This document shows positions 37,346-50,900 of a stretch of 64,000 nucleotides of DNA, one piece after another. The translations under genes were made by a program, and so were the position numbers. Position 1 is the stretch's first letter, and each line of letters starts with the position of its first letter. The notes beneath the pieces are model-generated. The model saw nothing but the letters and a program-made list of their open reading frames with translations, was not told the DNA's origin and ran no database searches. This DNA comes from Callorhinchus milii (taxonomy: Eukaryota). The stretch spans positions 61,754,001-61,818,000 of the forward strand of contig NW_024704742.1 in assembly GCF_018977255.1 (NCBI RefSeq), read 5' to 3'.

Positions 37346-37611
37346 GACACATAGTGTATCGTAACTATATTTCTGGATAAACATAGCTCTTAAATTTCAA
37401 AAGAAATCACCATGGCTTCACTGCATCTCTATAATGAAGGCATAAAAATAAAGCTTTAGACATCTGGACTATTGTCTTGAGGATTGGCATTTCCTAACCT
37501 TGGAGTCAGTTTAAAAGCATATTTATCCACAATTTGCTCTAGTAACCATCATTCACTTACTTGAAATGTTCCCACCAGCTCTTGTTAAGCCTTCAGGCCA
37601 AAGTCCTAGCA

Positions 37612-37795
37612 GGTAGGGTGGTCATAACTGGACAAACAGTGAGAGACAAAGCTTGCTCTAGCTGGCAGGTTTAGCTGGTTGGTTCCAGCAGTACAATAAT
37701 GCACACCTTGGGATGTCAAGCCTTGGCTCTTACCAACCTACGTTAAATACTCTCTGGAATTAGGTAAGCAGGATACATGCCTCCAGGAGAGATGG
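37612..37795. mobile_element. Family X internal fragment
   Basis: ggtttagctggttggttccagcagtac...aagccttggctcttaccaac...gcaggatacatgcctccaggagag. Confidence 0.65.
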
Positions 37796-37869
37796 ATTTG
37801 TATAGCACCTTTCACGTTAGGAGGACGTCCCAAGGCGCTGGATAGTGTACAGCATTGCAGCATTTCATT

Positions 37870-38185
37870 TCATTTCCATGGATCACAAATAGCCATGGAG
37901 TGAGTCACCAATTTTATTTAGGAGACTGTTGGCCAGGACACTGGGAGAAACTCCCTTCCCTTTTCAAATAGTGCCATGGAATCTTTACTATCCACCTGAA
38001 GAGGTAGACAAGACCTCAGTTTAACGGCTCACCTGAAGGATGGCATCTTTGACAATGCAGCGCAACCAACCCTAGCACTGCATTGGAGTGTCATCTTAGA
38101 TGATGTGATTCCAAGTCCTGACATGGAGCTTGAACATACCTTCTGACTCAAAGGTGGGAGCGCTACAACTGTACCAGGCTGACAC
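37870..38185 (-). mobile_element. DeuSINE
   Basis: Head and Deu-like core. Confidence 0.8.
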
Positions 38186-38254
38186 AAGCTGGAAAGCCAA
38201 ACACACTAAGATAGTGCATCATAAAATATTCTAAAATATAATTTAAAAAATGAT

Positions 38255-39490
38255 CTCTGCCTTTAATGTAGCACCTATAACATCAAAAACTCCCAAAGTG
38301 CTTCACTGATAAATGTTATAATGTTTAGTTACTGTATTTGTAGGCAGATTCAGCAGTCAATTTCTACACAACAACAAATATAACCATAAAGTGACCAATC
38401 AGTTGATTGGAGGATTGCTGGCCAGAACACTGGACAAAATTCCCTTCTCTTTCCAAATTTTGACACAACATCTTTAACATCCACCTGAATAGGCAGGTAG
38501 AATCTATGTGTAATGTTTCAGCCAAAGAATGGCACCTTGGACATTGCAGAACTGCACTGGAACATGAACAACAACAACAATTTGCACTTATATTGTGCCT
38601 CCATGCAGGGTAGCATCTCAGAGTGCTTAACAGTGGTCAGAGCCTGAATCTGAGCCTAGGGGGAGAGGAGGTGGCCATAAGCAACGTCAAAGAGGAAGGT
38701 TTTCAGGCGGGACTTATAAAAGGGGAGAGAGGGGGCAAGTTAGAGGGATTAAGGGAGAGTTTTCCAGAGTTTCAGGGCGTAGTGGCTGAAAGCATGACTT
38801 CCGATGGTAGAGCAGAGGGTGCGAGGGTCAAGCAGAGGCCAGTGCTAATTGAGAGGAGACACCAGATGGTGGATTGGGGAGTGAGGAGGTTGGAGAGGTA
38901 GGGAGGTACCATGGAGTGAAGGGATTTGAACACAAGTGTGAGGATCTTGAAGTCAATCCATTCGGTGATGGGGAGCCAGTGGAGCCTGGCGAGAACTGGT
39001 GAGATGTGGGTACGGAGTTTAGTCCGGGTCAGTATGTGGGCAGCAGAGTCCTGAATGAGCTGGATCTTTTGAATAGTGGAGCTGGGGAGACTAGGAGTGT
39101 GTTGGAGTAATCCAGACGGGAGGAGACAAATACATGCAGGATGGTTTCGGCTGCATTTGGAGTACAGCATGGTCAGCGGCGGGCAATGTGGCGGAAGTGG
39201 AAGAAGGCGGTCCCTATTAGGGACCGGATGTGGGGAAAGAAGGACAGCTGGAGGTCGAACTGGATGCCTAGATTGCGCATTGGTTCGGTGAGTCTGAGGG
39301 AGAGCCCAGGGATGTTGAGGAGTTCAGATCCGCAGGAGTGAAGATGTTGACCGGAGCCAAGGAGTATGGCTTCCGTCTTGTCCACATTCAGCTGCATCAG
39401 ACTAGATTGTGAGCTCAAGGTCAGGCTTGAACCCACAACCGCCTGACTCAGACGCAAATGTGCTCCAAGCTGAGTCAAGCTGACTGACAC
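38255..39490 (-). mobile_element. DeuSINE interrupted by an L2 (38568-39395, -)
   Basis: L2: QLNVDKTEAILLGS...ARLHWLPITEWIDFKIL. The SINE head resumes at ~39397. Confidence 0.85.
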
Positions 39491-41385
39491 CTCAATGCCC
39501 CAAAATCCTTAATATCTGCAAATGCTTTTCTGCTACAGTGCCCTTTAATGTTGGGAGGTCATGCGCATCAGATATAATATTAATATCTATCAGTCACTGC
39601 AAGGAAAATTCAAGAAATTAGTGTACTTCACTACCAGACATGATTGTCTTTGTAATTATGTTTAGTGCTAAAACGTTGGTCAACTATGGTTCTGACTTTT
39701 GATTTTGTTTTTCTAAGAGTTCCAAAACCCTACCCGGCGTGAAGGGCGCTGTACAAATGGTCGTTGTTTTCTTCCCTCTTTTCATCCCACAGGGTTGTTG
39801 GACACCATAAGCCAATCCTTAAGGGCAAGAGGGATGTTATCAGTCAAACTAGACTGTCTGTGTTTATAAATGTGACATGTCTTTCTTCAGCAAAGAAAAC
39901 ATTAAAGAAATATTTGCTGTCACCAAAAAGAGTTCCAAGTACCATCCAATTACCCACCCTACCATCCTCCCATCACAGCAAGCTGTTTTTTTAGCTGAAT
40001 CTAGCAACTGCCCGTTTACATGCACATGCATAGAGTAGAGTCTCCCCATGATGAGGCACCAGTGTTGAAATGATAATCCATTGAAATCCTTCATGATAAT
40101 CTGTAAAGCTCTCATACAATGTAACATTATGGTGTTGTGGCAACTCAGTGCTGCTACTGGTGGCTGGGTGATGACACATGGTCACTAGCTGGTGACTAGC
40201 TGGTTGGATGTTGACTAGTTGTGGCTGGATGGCAAATCAGCTGACATGATCACCCACAAAACGCACAGTCCCTACACGTGACAATAAATTCCTGTTAAGC
40301 GCTTTCAGGCGTCCTCCCAATGAGTTATATCAAATGCAAGGATTCTTACTATAAAGATAGGTTCTTAGAACTGAGCCTGCCTTTGTTAGAGAGAAGGGAA
40401 AATATTTTGGCTTCCCAATGATGAAAGGCATGAATTACATAGACAAGTAAGTTATTTAACTTATCCTGATTGTAAAACTAGGTGACATGAGTATAAAACA
40501 CTTACTGTAACAAAATTCATATCAGTCTTGAGTTTTTTTTGTCCCATGAAGTAGCGAATATGTAAAATAGACTCTGAACAACAGTCAAATTGTGTTTAAA
40601 GAAAAGTTAGATAAGTAGCTGATTAAGAAAGGGAGCAAATCTTATAAAGATAAGACCATAGCTGATCAAATGCAAAATGTCTCCTGCATAGGCTTTTAAA
40701 ACCAAGCCTGACATCACCTAACTACTATTTCTTGATTTATCTGATCTTCTTTATTGCTCCTTTCAACTTTTGTGGTGTCTTGTACTAAGAGCCTTGGCCC
40801 ACATGGGTTTTTGTCACTCAGGTGATAAATGAGCCATTTCAGGAATGCAATACATAAACTTGAACCGTGTGGCTTGTTAGATTGCCATAATATTTTGAAT
40901 ATCACACTTTTTTGAAGATCTTTGGAAGTCAGGTAAAATGTACAGAATTTACCTTCTTGGACATTTACACACAGTTGATTGTTATACCTTCAGTGCAGTA
41001 TGAAACAGCATATCTACACATTAATTATCCACATATCCATTTATCCACAGTCCAACATAGAAGTGGATGAGGGGTTGCAAAGCAGAATGAGAAAGAGTGT
41101 GAGGGAAAAGAGGCAGAGAGAAGCACTGTAGGCAATTTGTATTTTGTTCAATTATCCACATTGTTTGCTGATCCGTAATAGCGCCACTCTCAATTAATGC
41201 AGATACTGTAATTGGCTTTTTGTTGTAGATTGAGCAGGACTAGATAGATAGTCTAGCAGACCAATATATACACGCTCTGTAAAGAATCCCTGCTTAATGA
41301 GCCAAATGGTCTTTCCTTGTTTCACAAGATGTTCCACCTAAACTCCCTTTTAGATCTGCTAAATCTTTAGGTCTTCTATTTATAC

Positions 41386-41865
41386 CCAAAGCATCTGACA
41401 TAATGCATGTTCCTTAGAGCCCAGTAAATTATTCTGCTTGAAGGATTCTAGATCTGCCTCTGGGTTCAACATCATTAGTATCTTCTTCTGCTGTCGCTGT
41501 GACGAACACACTTCAATTTTATTACATCAGCCAATTCTCCAATCTTACTAATTGGTTACTCATTCTGGGCTCATCAACAAATGGAATATACATCTGTCAA
41601 ATTTACTTTGACTGATTAAAGCATTAATCTAATGATAGGATTTTAATCAATGCAGAACTTTCTTATTTGGTTTGGAGGCTCTTAAGGGTGGTGATGGGTT
41701 TCCACATGTGTCAAACACCCGGCTGATCCAGAAAAAAACAACTGTGGAAGAAGATACTAATGATGTTGAACCCAGAGGCGGATCTAGAATCCTTCAAGCA
41801 GAATATATTAGCCCTGCATGAATTGTTAGGCTCTAAGGAAGTTGCAATATGTCAGGTGCTTTTGG
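41386..41865. repeat. Inverted repeat with a 59-bp near-perfect core (41430-41488 / 41747-41805) and diverged outer arms
   Basis: One mismatch in the core; outer arms 41386-41430 / 41821-41865 are more diverged. Confidence 0.9.
41655..41740. mobile_element. Family X terminal fragment
   Basis: ctcttaagggtggtgatgggtttccacatgtgtcaaacacccggctgatccagaaaaaaa. Confidence 0.75.
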
Positions 41866-42179
41866 CTTTCCAAACAAATCAATGCTGACATATGTCAGGA
41901 ATTGCATCTAGATATAGAACTGTCTGCTATTCTTAACATAGCTTCATCAGGAAGAGTGAAAGTGATATTACCCATCATCTTCTAGCCAATGATTCTTTGC
42001 AGGTCGATGGAGGTATTGCTAACCATGTGTAAATGTAAGTGTAGTAAAAAGGGAATTTACAGGTATCATTAATTATGTAATTACCTACCGACCAATTCCA
42101 AACATTTCCAGGTTCATGTGCAATTTTTTTCAATGGTCGTCAATTATATAATTAAGAAAACCCATAATTTCCTCTTTAC

Positions 42180-42425
42180 ACCTGCTTGTCCCTCGTGCCC
42201 TCCGTTCCACCATCAGTAGCCGTGCTTTTAGCCACTACTCCCCGAAACTCTGGAACACTCATCCTCTATCCCTCTGCCTTGACCCCTCATTTCCCATGTT
42301 CAGGTCATGCCTGATGGTCACCTCCCACCTCGCACCTGCTCGGCATCATGCTCCACCACTATCAAGCGCTCTGGGAAGCTACTCTACGTGAGGGTCGCTA
42401 TATAAATACAAGTTGTTCTTGTTGT
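42180..42425 (+). mobile_element. Old L2 3' end
   Basis: aaactctggaacactc... and tail. Confidence 0.75.
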
Positions 42426-42547
42426 TTGCACAATGATTGTACAACCTTTATGCAAAGTTAAACAGTACTCAATCACATTGAAATGTGTGTATCTTGCATA
42501 TATTCAGCATTTCAAAGCAATACTGGTGAAAAATTACCATCCATATA

Positions 42548-42735
42548 TGGTGAAACTCTGATAACTCATCATCCCAAAAGAAATAGCTCAAGTGCCTACT
42601 TGTCACAGTTGACTAACTATCCCAAATATAGTATCTAGGAACTACAACGTACTCAGATAAAGAGGATATTGAGTGAGTCACTAGTTATGTGGGGTTGACT
42701 ACTTATCCCAGCGTCTAGTCATCAGAGTTTCCCTG
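42548..42735. mobile_element. Tc1/mariner (pogo/Tigger-like) MITE
   Basis: TA|tggtgaaactctgataact ... agtcatcagagtttccctg|TA. Confidence 0.7.
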
Positions 42736-42834
42736 TATTTAAAATAGTAAAATGTTGATGCATCTATTTGAATTAGCACCCTATTGTTTTCAAACAGCGC
42801 CAATGATATCACACAATTTGTTTTCTTGAATATA

Positions 42835-43240
42835 ATAATAATCCTTGCATTTGGTTATACTGTTGTGCCTTATCAACTCATTAAATGTCTTAAAGTGCTT
42901 CACATAATTTACTGTGAAGTGTAGTGATTGTGCATTTTGTAGGCAAATGTGGCGTCAGTTTGAACATTGCTCGCGGGACACAAACAGCCACGAAGGGAAT
43001 ATCTGATTTTATCTGCAAGATACTGGGAGAAACTCCCCTTGTAAACAAATAATAATCATTACATTTGAAAGAGTGCCTTATTGTGTTGTCAAGACATCTT
43101 AAAGCGCTTCACAGGATATACTGTAAATTGGAGTGACTGTATTTTGTGGGCAAATGGGGCAGCCAATTTATGCACATCAATGTTCCACAAACAGCCATGG
43201 ACAGAATGATCAATTTTATTTGAGGGATTGTTGGCCAGAT
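42835..43240 (-). mobile_element. Two tandem SINE 3' halves
   Basis: Tail plus Deu-like segment occur twice. Confidence 0.75.
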
Positions 43241-43321
43241 AATGATGTTTGTACTTGAAATGCCTTATATTAAGGGTTATTTCTGTGCCTTCTTCTCTAC
43301 GACATTCTATTACATGTACAT

Positions 43322-43650
43322 GGAGTCCTGTAGCTCAGTGGTTAGAGCACTCGCTTTGCAAGTGAGAGACCTGAGTTCAATTCCAGGCAGGGCGAAACCT
43401 TGGGCAAGTTTCCTTACTCCACACGCCTAATAATAATCCCTCCAAAAAACCAAAAACAATAATTAAATTGGTCATTTTCAATCTACGACTGTTTGTGGGA
43501 CATTGCTGTGCGCAATTGGCTGCCGCGTTCGCCCACAAATATACAGTCAATTCACTTTACAGTGTGTTCTGTGAAGCGCTTTGGGACGTCCTCCTGACGT
43601 GAAAAGCGCTATATCAAATGCAAGGATTATTATTATTATTATTATTATTA
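43322..43650 (+). mobile_element. tRNA-headed SINE, short subfamily, full length
   Basis: A box tagctcagtgg, anticodon arm ctcgc-tttgcaa-gtgag, B box gttcaattcc, L2-type 3' stem-loop, (TTA)n; tattacatg on both flanks. Confidence 0.95.
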
Positions 43651-43837
43651 CATGGAACTATATGCCTAAAGATATCTGAATAATGTGTTATGGTTTTCAA
43701 CTGCTTTTTGGAATTAGTGAATTTCTGTGGGTGTAAACAATAAGACAACAATAACAAATTGCATTTATATAGTGCCTTTCACATTAGGAAGATATCCCAA
43801 GGTGCTGGACAGACAATGGGGTCAAAACTGCAGTGTT

Positions 43838-44200
43838 CTCTCAGAGCTAAATGTACCTTTTGTGAACAAGCTTTCATAAATCACAAAGGGTATAATTCGA
43901 TCAGCATCCAAGTGGTTTGTGATGCTGAAAATCCTGTGACTCATGTGAACATCTGCTATATAGGAGCTTCCCTTACCTCATTTACCTTGGATTTGCTCCT
44001 TTTTCAGCCATCTGGACACTCTTGAGAGTTGGCTTTTGGTACAACAGTGGCTGTGGGCTGAAAACATGGCAGATGAGTCCAATTCTAAATTTTACTTGCT
44101 CAGCTAGACAAATAGTCAAGTGGGTCAAGCAACTCAGATTATTATTGAGGAAAGATTTGGAACATTAAAAATGTGCTCTTGGTGATTTCTCGTCTGGTCT
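43838..44200 (+). mobile_element. PIF/Harbinger transposase relic
   Basis: FINHKGYNSISIQVVCDA, WLLV/NSGCGLKTWQMSP and IIIEERFGTLKM match the NRKG.HS.N.Q.VCD, WLLGDSGY..K.WLMTP and VIERTFG.LK blocks; frameshifts and stops. Confidence 0.8.
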
Positions 44201-44494
44201 TTCCAAGTTCTGCAACTTACTCCTTCATATTTGTGACAAATTCTGTGAGGCACAAACACGTCAATCACTGTAGAAAAATATTTGCTGTTCAAGATAAAAA
44301 AAATTATGGCTGGCTCCTTGACCACAGATGCCATTCTTCTAAGCTACATGACATGGATCAAGACTTCACTGAAGGCAAAGTGAAATTGGCCCATTCAACA
44401 AAAGAAACCTTTTTGTAAAAACCTCTCTGTAACTCTCTTGTCTTCAAATGCAAGATCATGTGGAATCTTGGAAGTTAGTCTTTAATTGTAGGTA

Positions 44495-44890
44495 TCAGCC
44501 TGGCTCAGTTGGTGGCACTTTTACCCCACATCCAGTCTTTGAACTTACAGTCTACATTGATGCTCTAATGCTGTGTTAGGGGTGGTTGCAATGATGAAAG
44601 TTTCATTCTTCAGATGAGATGTTATATTAAGGGGACGTCCTATCTGCCTGTTCAGGTGGATGTTAAAGGTTCCCATTGGTACTATTTAAAAAGAGAAGAG
44701 TTTTCCCCGGGGTCCTGGCCAACAATCCCCCAAATAAAAACGGTCAGTCGTTGCATGGCTATTTGTGGGACATTGTTATGTGCAAATTGGCTACCACATT
44801 CACCTACAATATATGCAGTCTTTACAGTATCTCCTCTGAAATGCTTTTCGATGATACGGTAAAGCATTATATCAAATGCAAAGATTATGA
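44495..44890 (+). mobile_element. DeuSINE, near full length
   Basis: cagcctggctcagttggtggcac head, Deu-like core, tail. Confidence 0.85.
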
Positions 44891-46594
44891 ACTTCAATCT
44901 TAATTTGGAAACTGAAATTTAAAAACTATCCATTTTTTTTCCACAGTTTTTTTGTGGGCCACTGCAGCTTTGTGGGCCATTCAGCTTCTAAAATTACACT
45001 GAATTTAGGACTGTTTTTCAAAACTCTGCACAATCTTAAATTTTAAGACAATAATATTAGCCTTGGGAACATGAGGCAATTACTTTCAGGAACACAAGAC
45101 ATTTATGGTTTCTGATGCGATATGTTGCATAACAGACAAAACAAAAGACTGTAAGTGTTAATGTACATTGCTTTCAATGAAAAAGCCCTTGAAGAAATTT
45201 ACGACAGCTGGGCAGTGGCGGGGATGAATGATTTCAAGAGAACAAGTCATTCAGCGGAGTTTATCGATGGTTATTAAACTGGACAAACACACTTACCAAA
45301 AAGAAAGCAACTACATAAAGATTTTTATTGTCAAGTACCTGGAGAACAACAGTACCTTTAACTAATTATCCAAATAGAAAATTTGTACTAGTTATGAAAG
45401 ACTTTCCTTTTGTTGCAAAGGTCACTCTCTGGTTGACAGGTAATTTATTTCTCATTTCTCTTGCCAGCCTTACCCTTCCTTTTTATATTGGTAAAACTAT
45501 TTAACATTCTCACTCATCTATCAAATTAACCATGGGTCTGACTGAGAGATAATTGTCTGGGTTGTTAAGAGCAATTTTCAATTAGTAATGTAAATAGCAG
45601 GTACAGAATATGGAAAATTCTAATCTATGTGGTTTAAACTTTGATTTATGAGACTGGAGTACTTTTGATTAGGTTGGGGGAGGACTCTGACTTTACCATG
45701 TGTTCCACTAAATAGGAGCAGGCCGTTTGGTATCACACTCAGACACAGAGTCATTAACAACCCAAGCTGGACAAGGATTCAAAAGTCTTTTTTTCACAGA
45801 CAGGATATAAGGTGCAGTGAAGAGAAAACAATGTTGTTTAAATACAAATGTCTATTTTGAACAGTGACAGTGAAATGTCAACTTTAAATCATGATGGGGA
45901 AATAATAGGAAACACACTATGGTTAAGCAAATACGATGACAGGTTTAAAAACTGCTTAAATTATGAACATGTACATATGATATATAAATTATATATGAAA
46001 AAGTTAAACTTCGTGTTTAAGTTGTTGCAGAAAAATGGAGGTAAATTAACAGTGCTTCAAAATGTGTTTGATGTGATCACATTGAATGTGTTCTGAAATG
46101 GTACTAATTTCACCCCATTTTTCAAAATGTGTGAAGACAACTGTGAATTGTGAGGGTGCAATGAACAAAAATGGTCGAATATCACAGACTGTAAACTTGC
46201 AAGGACAATCGCATTGCTCAGTTTCAGATCTGAGTCAGACCATGCAGAGAGCTGCCAGAGGTCTCCTTGGTGGATGGAGAATAACATTATTGGGTTCTAT
46301 CATGTCAAGATTGTTATCGCAAACCCCCTGGCAGGAGGGCATTGGCTGAGGACAGAAAGCTCTCCCTCTTAGCAACAGATAATTGGGATAAATAAGCTTG
46401 GGCTCTTCAGCCTTAAAGAGAGACGAGTCTGAAAGGCAAAAAAATTATCATCAAATGTACCAACACAGGTTGAACATTGTATACAAGACAGGAACCTCCA
46501 ATGATGGAAGTTACAGTGGAGATGACTTTAATGTTGTTTTATGTTGTCAAGGAGTCCGTGTGAGTGGGCAAGAGTTCAGTACAACCTGTAAAAA

Positions 46595-46757
46595 AATAAT
46601 AATAATTTAGTCACTCAGTCCATGACTGTCTGTTTAGCGCAATTGGCTGCCTTATTTCACCTGCAAAATATACAGTCAATTCATTTTACAGCATATTCAG
46701 TGAAGCGCTTAGAGACATCTCAAAGGCACTTTATCGAATGCAAGGATTATTATAATT
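46595..46757 (+). mobile_element. SINE 3' part
   Basis: Family motifs and (TTA)n. Confidence 0.8.
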
Positions 46758-47734
46758 ATGAAGGACTGTGTTCTGTGTGCCAGTGTGGTTCTGACTTTTG
46801 TATGTGCTCAGAGAAAAAGAGAGACATGGTTTCCTTGTTTCATAGGCACTTCAGTGAAGATTTTTCTTGTGCTCAACTTCTCTCTTTCATGACTTATGAA
46901 GCATTCTTGTCATTAGGAATGATATGCTATTTATATTTAACTATATTAAATTGCGTTAATTTAGCTCAGAATTGTAGCCTGCACATTTGTGATGCAGCCG
47001 ATTTTACAAGTTCAGTATTTGATCAAATCATAAATGGGGCAGAAAAATACATATCAATCATTCAGATTTTCCAAACATCTGTCACTTTTCTGTTTGCGTA
47101 ACCTTTAACATGTTTCGGCTTAAATTTTTTGTAGAATAAATGACCGGAGAAGTGGCAGCTGTTTGTGATGTACTTTTAACACTGGCTGCAAAATTCACAG
47201 ACTTACATTGACATCATTTAGGTTATATTCAAATGTCACGATTTTCCCCCCAAATACATTGATTGTTGCACTTTGTTGTGCATTCCTAAATAGAGTCTCT
47301 TTTCTTTTTTGGGGGGTGGGGGGGGGGGTGTTGGGGATGTCAGAGTTAATTTTATTCTGTTGTCAGACTTCCCTTGTTTTGAGCAGTACGATTGTGTGTG
47401 TTCTGGTATGGTCATCTCTAGTTAATGGCAGGCAAGTGAATCATGGTAACATAGTTGGATCTGGTTCTTAGCATTGACTATAATATCCCCAGGGAGGCAG
47501 ATTCTATCAGCAAATTCAAGAAGGAATTAAGGTAGTTGTTTGACAAAGAAATTGGTTTTGAGTTAGTGCAAAATTATACTGATTTCTTTATTTTGTGACC
47601 AGATAGCTGGACTGCAATGGTTTCTATTGCATATTTCTATCTATCTATGTTGCTCTGATGTGCTTTTAACAGTACTCCTTACAGGAAATGGGCATGGTTT
47701 GATTCAGCAGTTTGATGTAAAGGTGAGTTTTTCT

Positions 47735-47900
47735 AGAAAACAGGGTTGTGGCAGTGCATTGATTCACACTGCTGTATATGAAGAAGGGGCTTGAAGCAGA
47801 ATGAGGATAAAGTGGAGAAATGGGATTTAATTGATCTCCTTGCACTGTGAGCCCACCCAGACTCGATGGGCCGAATGACCTCATTCTGTGCTGTAGATTT
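47735..47900 (+). mobile_element. CR1 3' end
   Basis: gactcgatgggccgaatgacctcattctgtgctgta. Confidence 0.7.
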
Positions 47901-50900
47901 CCACAACAACAACTTGCATTTATAATAGCACTCCTCATACAGGTAAAGTACCAGAGCACTTATGCTGCAATGTCTACACAATTCTATGTGGAGAAAAAAA
48001 AATGCATATTGTTTCAGACTCTACTTAGCTTTAAAACCTGCCTTAAGACCTTTTGTTTCAATCACAGCTTCAGTCACCTCCTTGCGCCCCCAAAGCTCAA
48101 GCTCCCAATCAGTTCTGTGAAACACTGCGAGATGTCCTGCCAAAGTGAAAGGCGCTATATAAATGGAAGCTATTGTTCCTGTTTTTTATTGAATTGCCAG
48201 TGCTGCTTAGTATCATCAAACAAAAAAACCTGGAAAAACGTTAATTTATTGAGGGTTCATTAATGATGTATTAATTTTTTNAAAACCTAGAAAATCAATA
48301 TGTATGTATTTACTTTTGTAGTGTTTCTTTATTCAGCTAAAATTTAAATGCTGCCTACTGTGCAAAAGCTATTTCTAAATAGAAAAGTAAATAAAACTAC
48401 AATCACTAGTTTCTGTTAACATCCCATCTAAACAAATACCAATTATTTGCAGCTACCTCAGGCCTAGAACTTTGACATACAACATTCTCACTAAAAGTGC
48501 ATTTAAACTTTCACATCATATACAGAATTTGTCAGTCCTTCATATCTGACCAGATTACCAGAAGTATAACTGTTGCAACAGACATTTTAAAGATGTCCAT
48601 ATTAGAGCACCAAAGTGTATGTCATCTGTGTATTCAGCAGTAAACTGGGATACAGGTTTCTAACAGGAAACAAAGGTACAATAAAAAATCAAAATGTAGT
48701 GTTTGGCTCAATTTCCATAAAATATGTGAAAAATATATTTACTGAATAGAGAATGAGGGAATCACTATTAAGTTTAATAGCACATGTTAAAAAGTCACAT
48801 TAAAACATGCCAAAGTCTAATTAGCTCTCGCTCTGTTGCTCAGCTTGTTAGAGTTCCTTTTCTCTCTGGTGTTGCAAAGGTTGCAAGTTAGTGAGCAAAA
48901 GTAATCTAGTGCCAATAAAATGTCTTCAAATTGCTCTGAAGCTAATTGAAGGTCAACTTAGTGGTGCAAACATATTTAGCAGATTGGATGTTCCAGAGAT
49001 GGACATTCTCCCCTCACCACACACACACTCCCCCGATGATGCCATTTTGAATGGTGACATCCCTGAAGCTGGGTCAGTGACCTTGGACTGATGTATGGAA
49101 CACAGCCTTTGACTGCTGTTAGCGGGATGCCAGCTACTCTTTTCAGTAAAAATTCAGCTTCATGGACGCATGTTCAGGAGAATATACATCCAGGCACATT
49201 CAACATTGAAAGTAGAACTAACATTGACTCCGAATGAAAGCCTGCCAATATAAATGTCCTGAAGAAAATACACAAGAAAACCACTAACTGTCTACTTAAT
49301 ACCCAGCATCTTACTTTCTGGATTTCAATAAGGTTCTGAACATTTTAGTCTTGCAGTAAACTTGTTATTATCAAGACTGATTACTCTAATTAGAAGTAGA
49401 ACCAGCAGAGGATGGTAAGACCGAGATGCATAGAACGCTTTAGACCTCCATCCCAGGAAGGTAAAGAGTTCAATGATATGCTTCACATCCAGCTAATTAG
49501 GGCAAAAATTAGCTGAAATGTCTCTGGAAAGTCACTGAACAGAAGTACAATGTACTGAGGATATGGACATGCAAAGTTTGTGCTTGCAGTGATTTAGAGG
49601 TTTGCTTCCTTTGTCTATTTTCTCAGAAGCATAAGCACTGGTGATTAATGGAGCTTTCTGTTTCAGAATTCGGATTATTTTAACTGAATGCATATCAGGT
49701 TCACATTTTATGCTCCAGAACATGAGGCAGCCATATGAAACTTTAACTCCATTAAGTTTTTTTTGTATTTGTCCTCTGCAATTGCAATTCAATATAGTAA
49801 TAGACATTCTATAAATTATATTTAAATGGCTTAGGGCTGTGGCAGATTTGCAGTCTATTACATTAAGTGCTTAAAGCAAAGGTTTGCAAAATGCTAAGAA
49901 TTTGTGTGAACACTTTTAGCTGTGATTTATAGGTTATTCTTGGAAAACCTTCTCAAATTACAAAAAAAAGCTGTTTTCTTGTTTTTTAATGTAACAACAG
50001 TAATTAAAATAGTATTCTAATCTGTTACAGCTGTAAGTTTATCCATTGCCACTGAAGAAAAGAATGCTGCATTCCTCAGAAGTTGAGCATATTTTTTCAT
50101 TAATTCCATCCAAATATGTACTTTAATTGGCCGCTGTAGTATTTTATCAATGATTTTAGAATTTAGAAACATGCAAATAAAATCTCTCGTAAGCAGTCTC
50201 TGAATTAAAGGAAGTGCCCTGTTGTTCTAATAAAGACTTCATAACCTCACACCATATAAGAGAGATTTGCATTAATCTTGAAACATCCATAGCGTCTTGT
50301 AGGTTAATATCTCTGCCCACTCCTGTCCCCTCCCTAGCAAAGCATGGCTGCTTTTGTGACATTCTGCTTCAGGTTAAAATACAGTTACAATATTGTTAAT
50401 AGTACATGCTTCATAAGGAGTTCCAATTATGTCAATCAGAGTATGCAGTCAGCTGTGTTTGATTAGCGTCATATGTGGCCGAGCCTTATTTTTATTTTAC
50501 TGCAGACGCACATTGGTGTTTCTGCAGTGTTAATAAATGTTGGGTGGAAAATCAAGTCAGGTTATTTAACACTGAAAATGTTTTGTGCGCTCAATACAGC
50601 TGCAAATTATACCATTAATCGGATATGTAAGAACAGAGATACAAGAGAAAAATACATCAGGCCCCAGGAGTTCAGATCAGAGACACTAAACAGAAACAAA
50701 GGATAACGTTTCCATAGAAGATACCACTAAACCTACAATATACACTTTCCCAATAAACATTCAGAAACCAGAGGTTTCCTTTTTGCCTAATGATGCAGTA
50801 TTTCTAAGGACCATTCAAGTTGTTTTTCTGTCCATAAGATAAAAATCCAAGTGTTTTTAAGAAAAAAAGTCAACCAAAAAAAAGACAATAAAGCTGTTGA

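Noticed and set aside
41025..41160. Three exact TTATCCACA (bacterial DnaA box) 9-mers at 41025, 41041 and 41152
   Set aside because: The context is vertebrate with no bacterial genes; best explained by local micro-duplication or chance in AT-rich DNA.
43322..43396. tRNA-Ala-like cloverleaf
   Set aside because: It is the head of a multi-copy SINE: the acceptor stem does not close and it continues into the SINE body.
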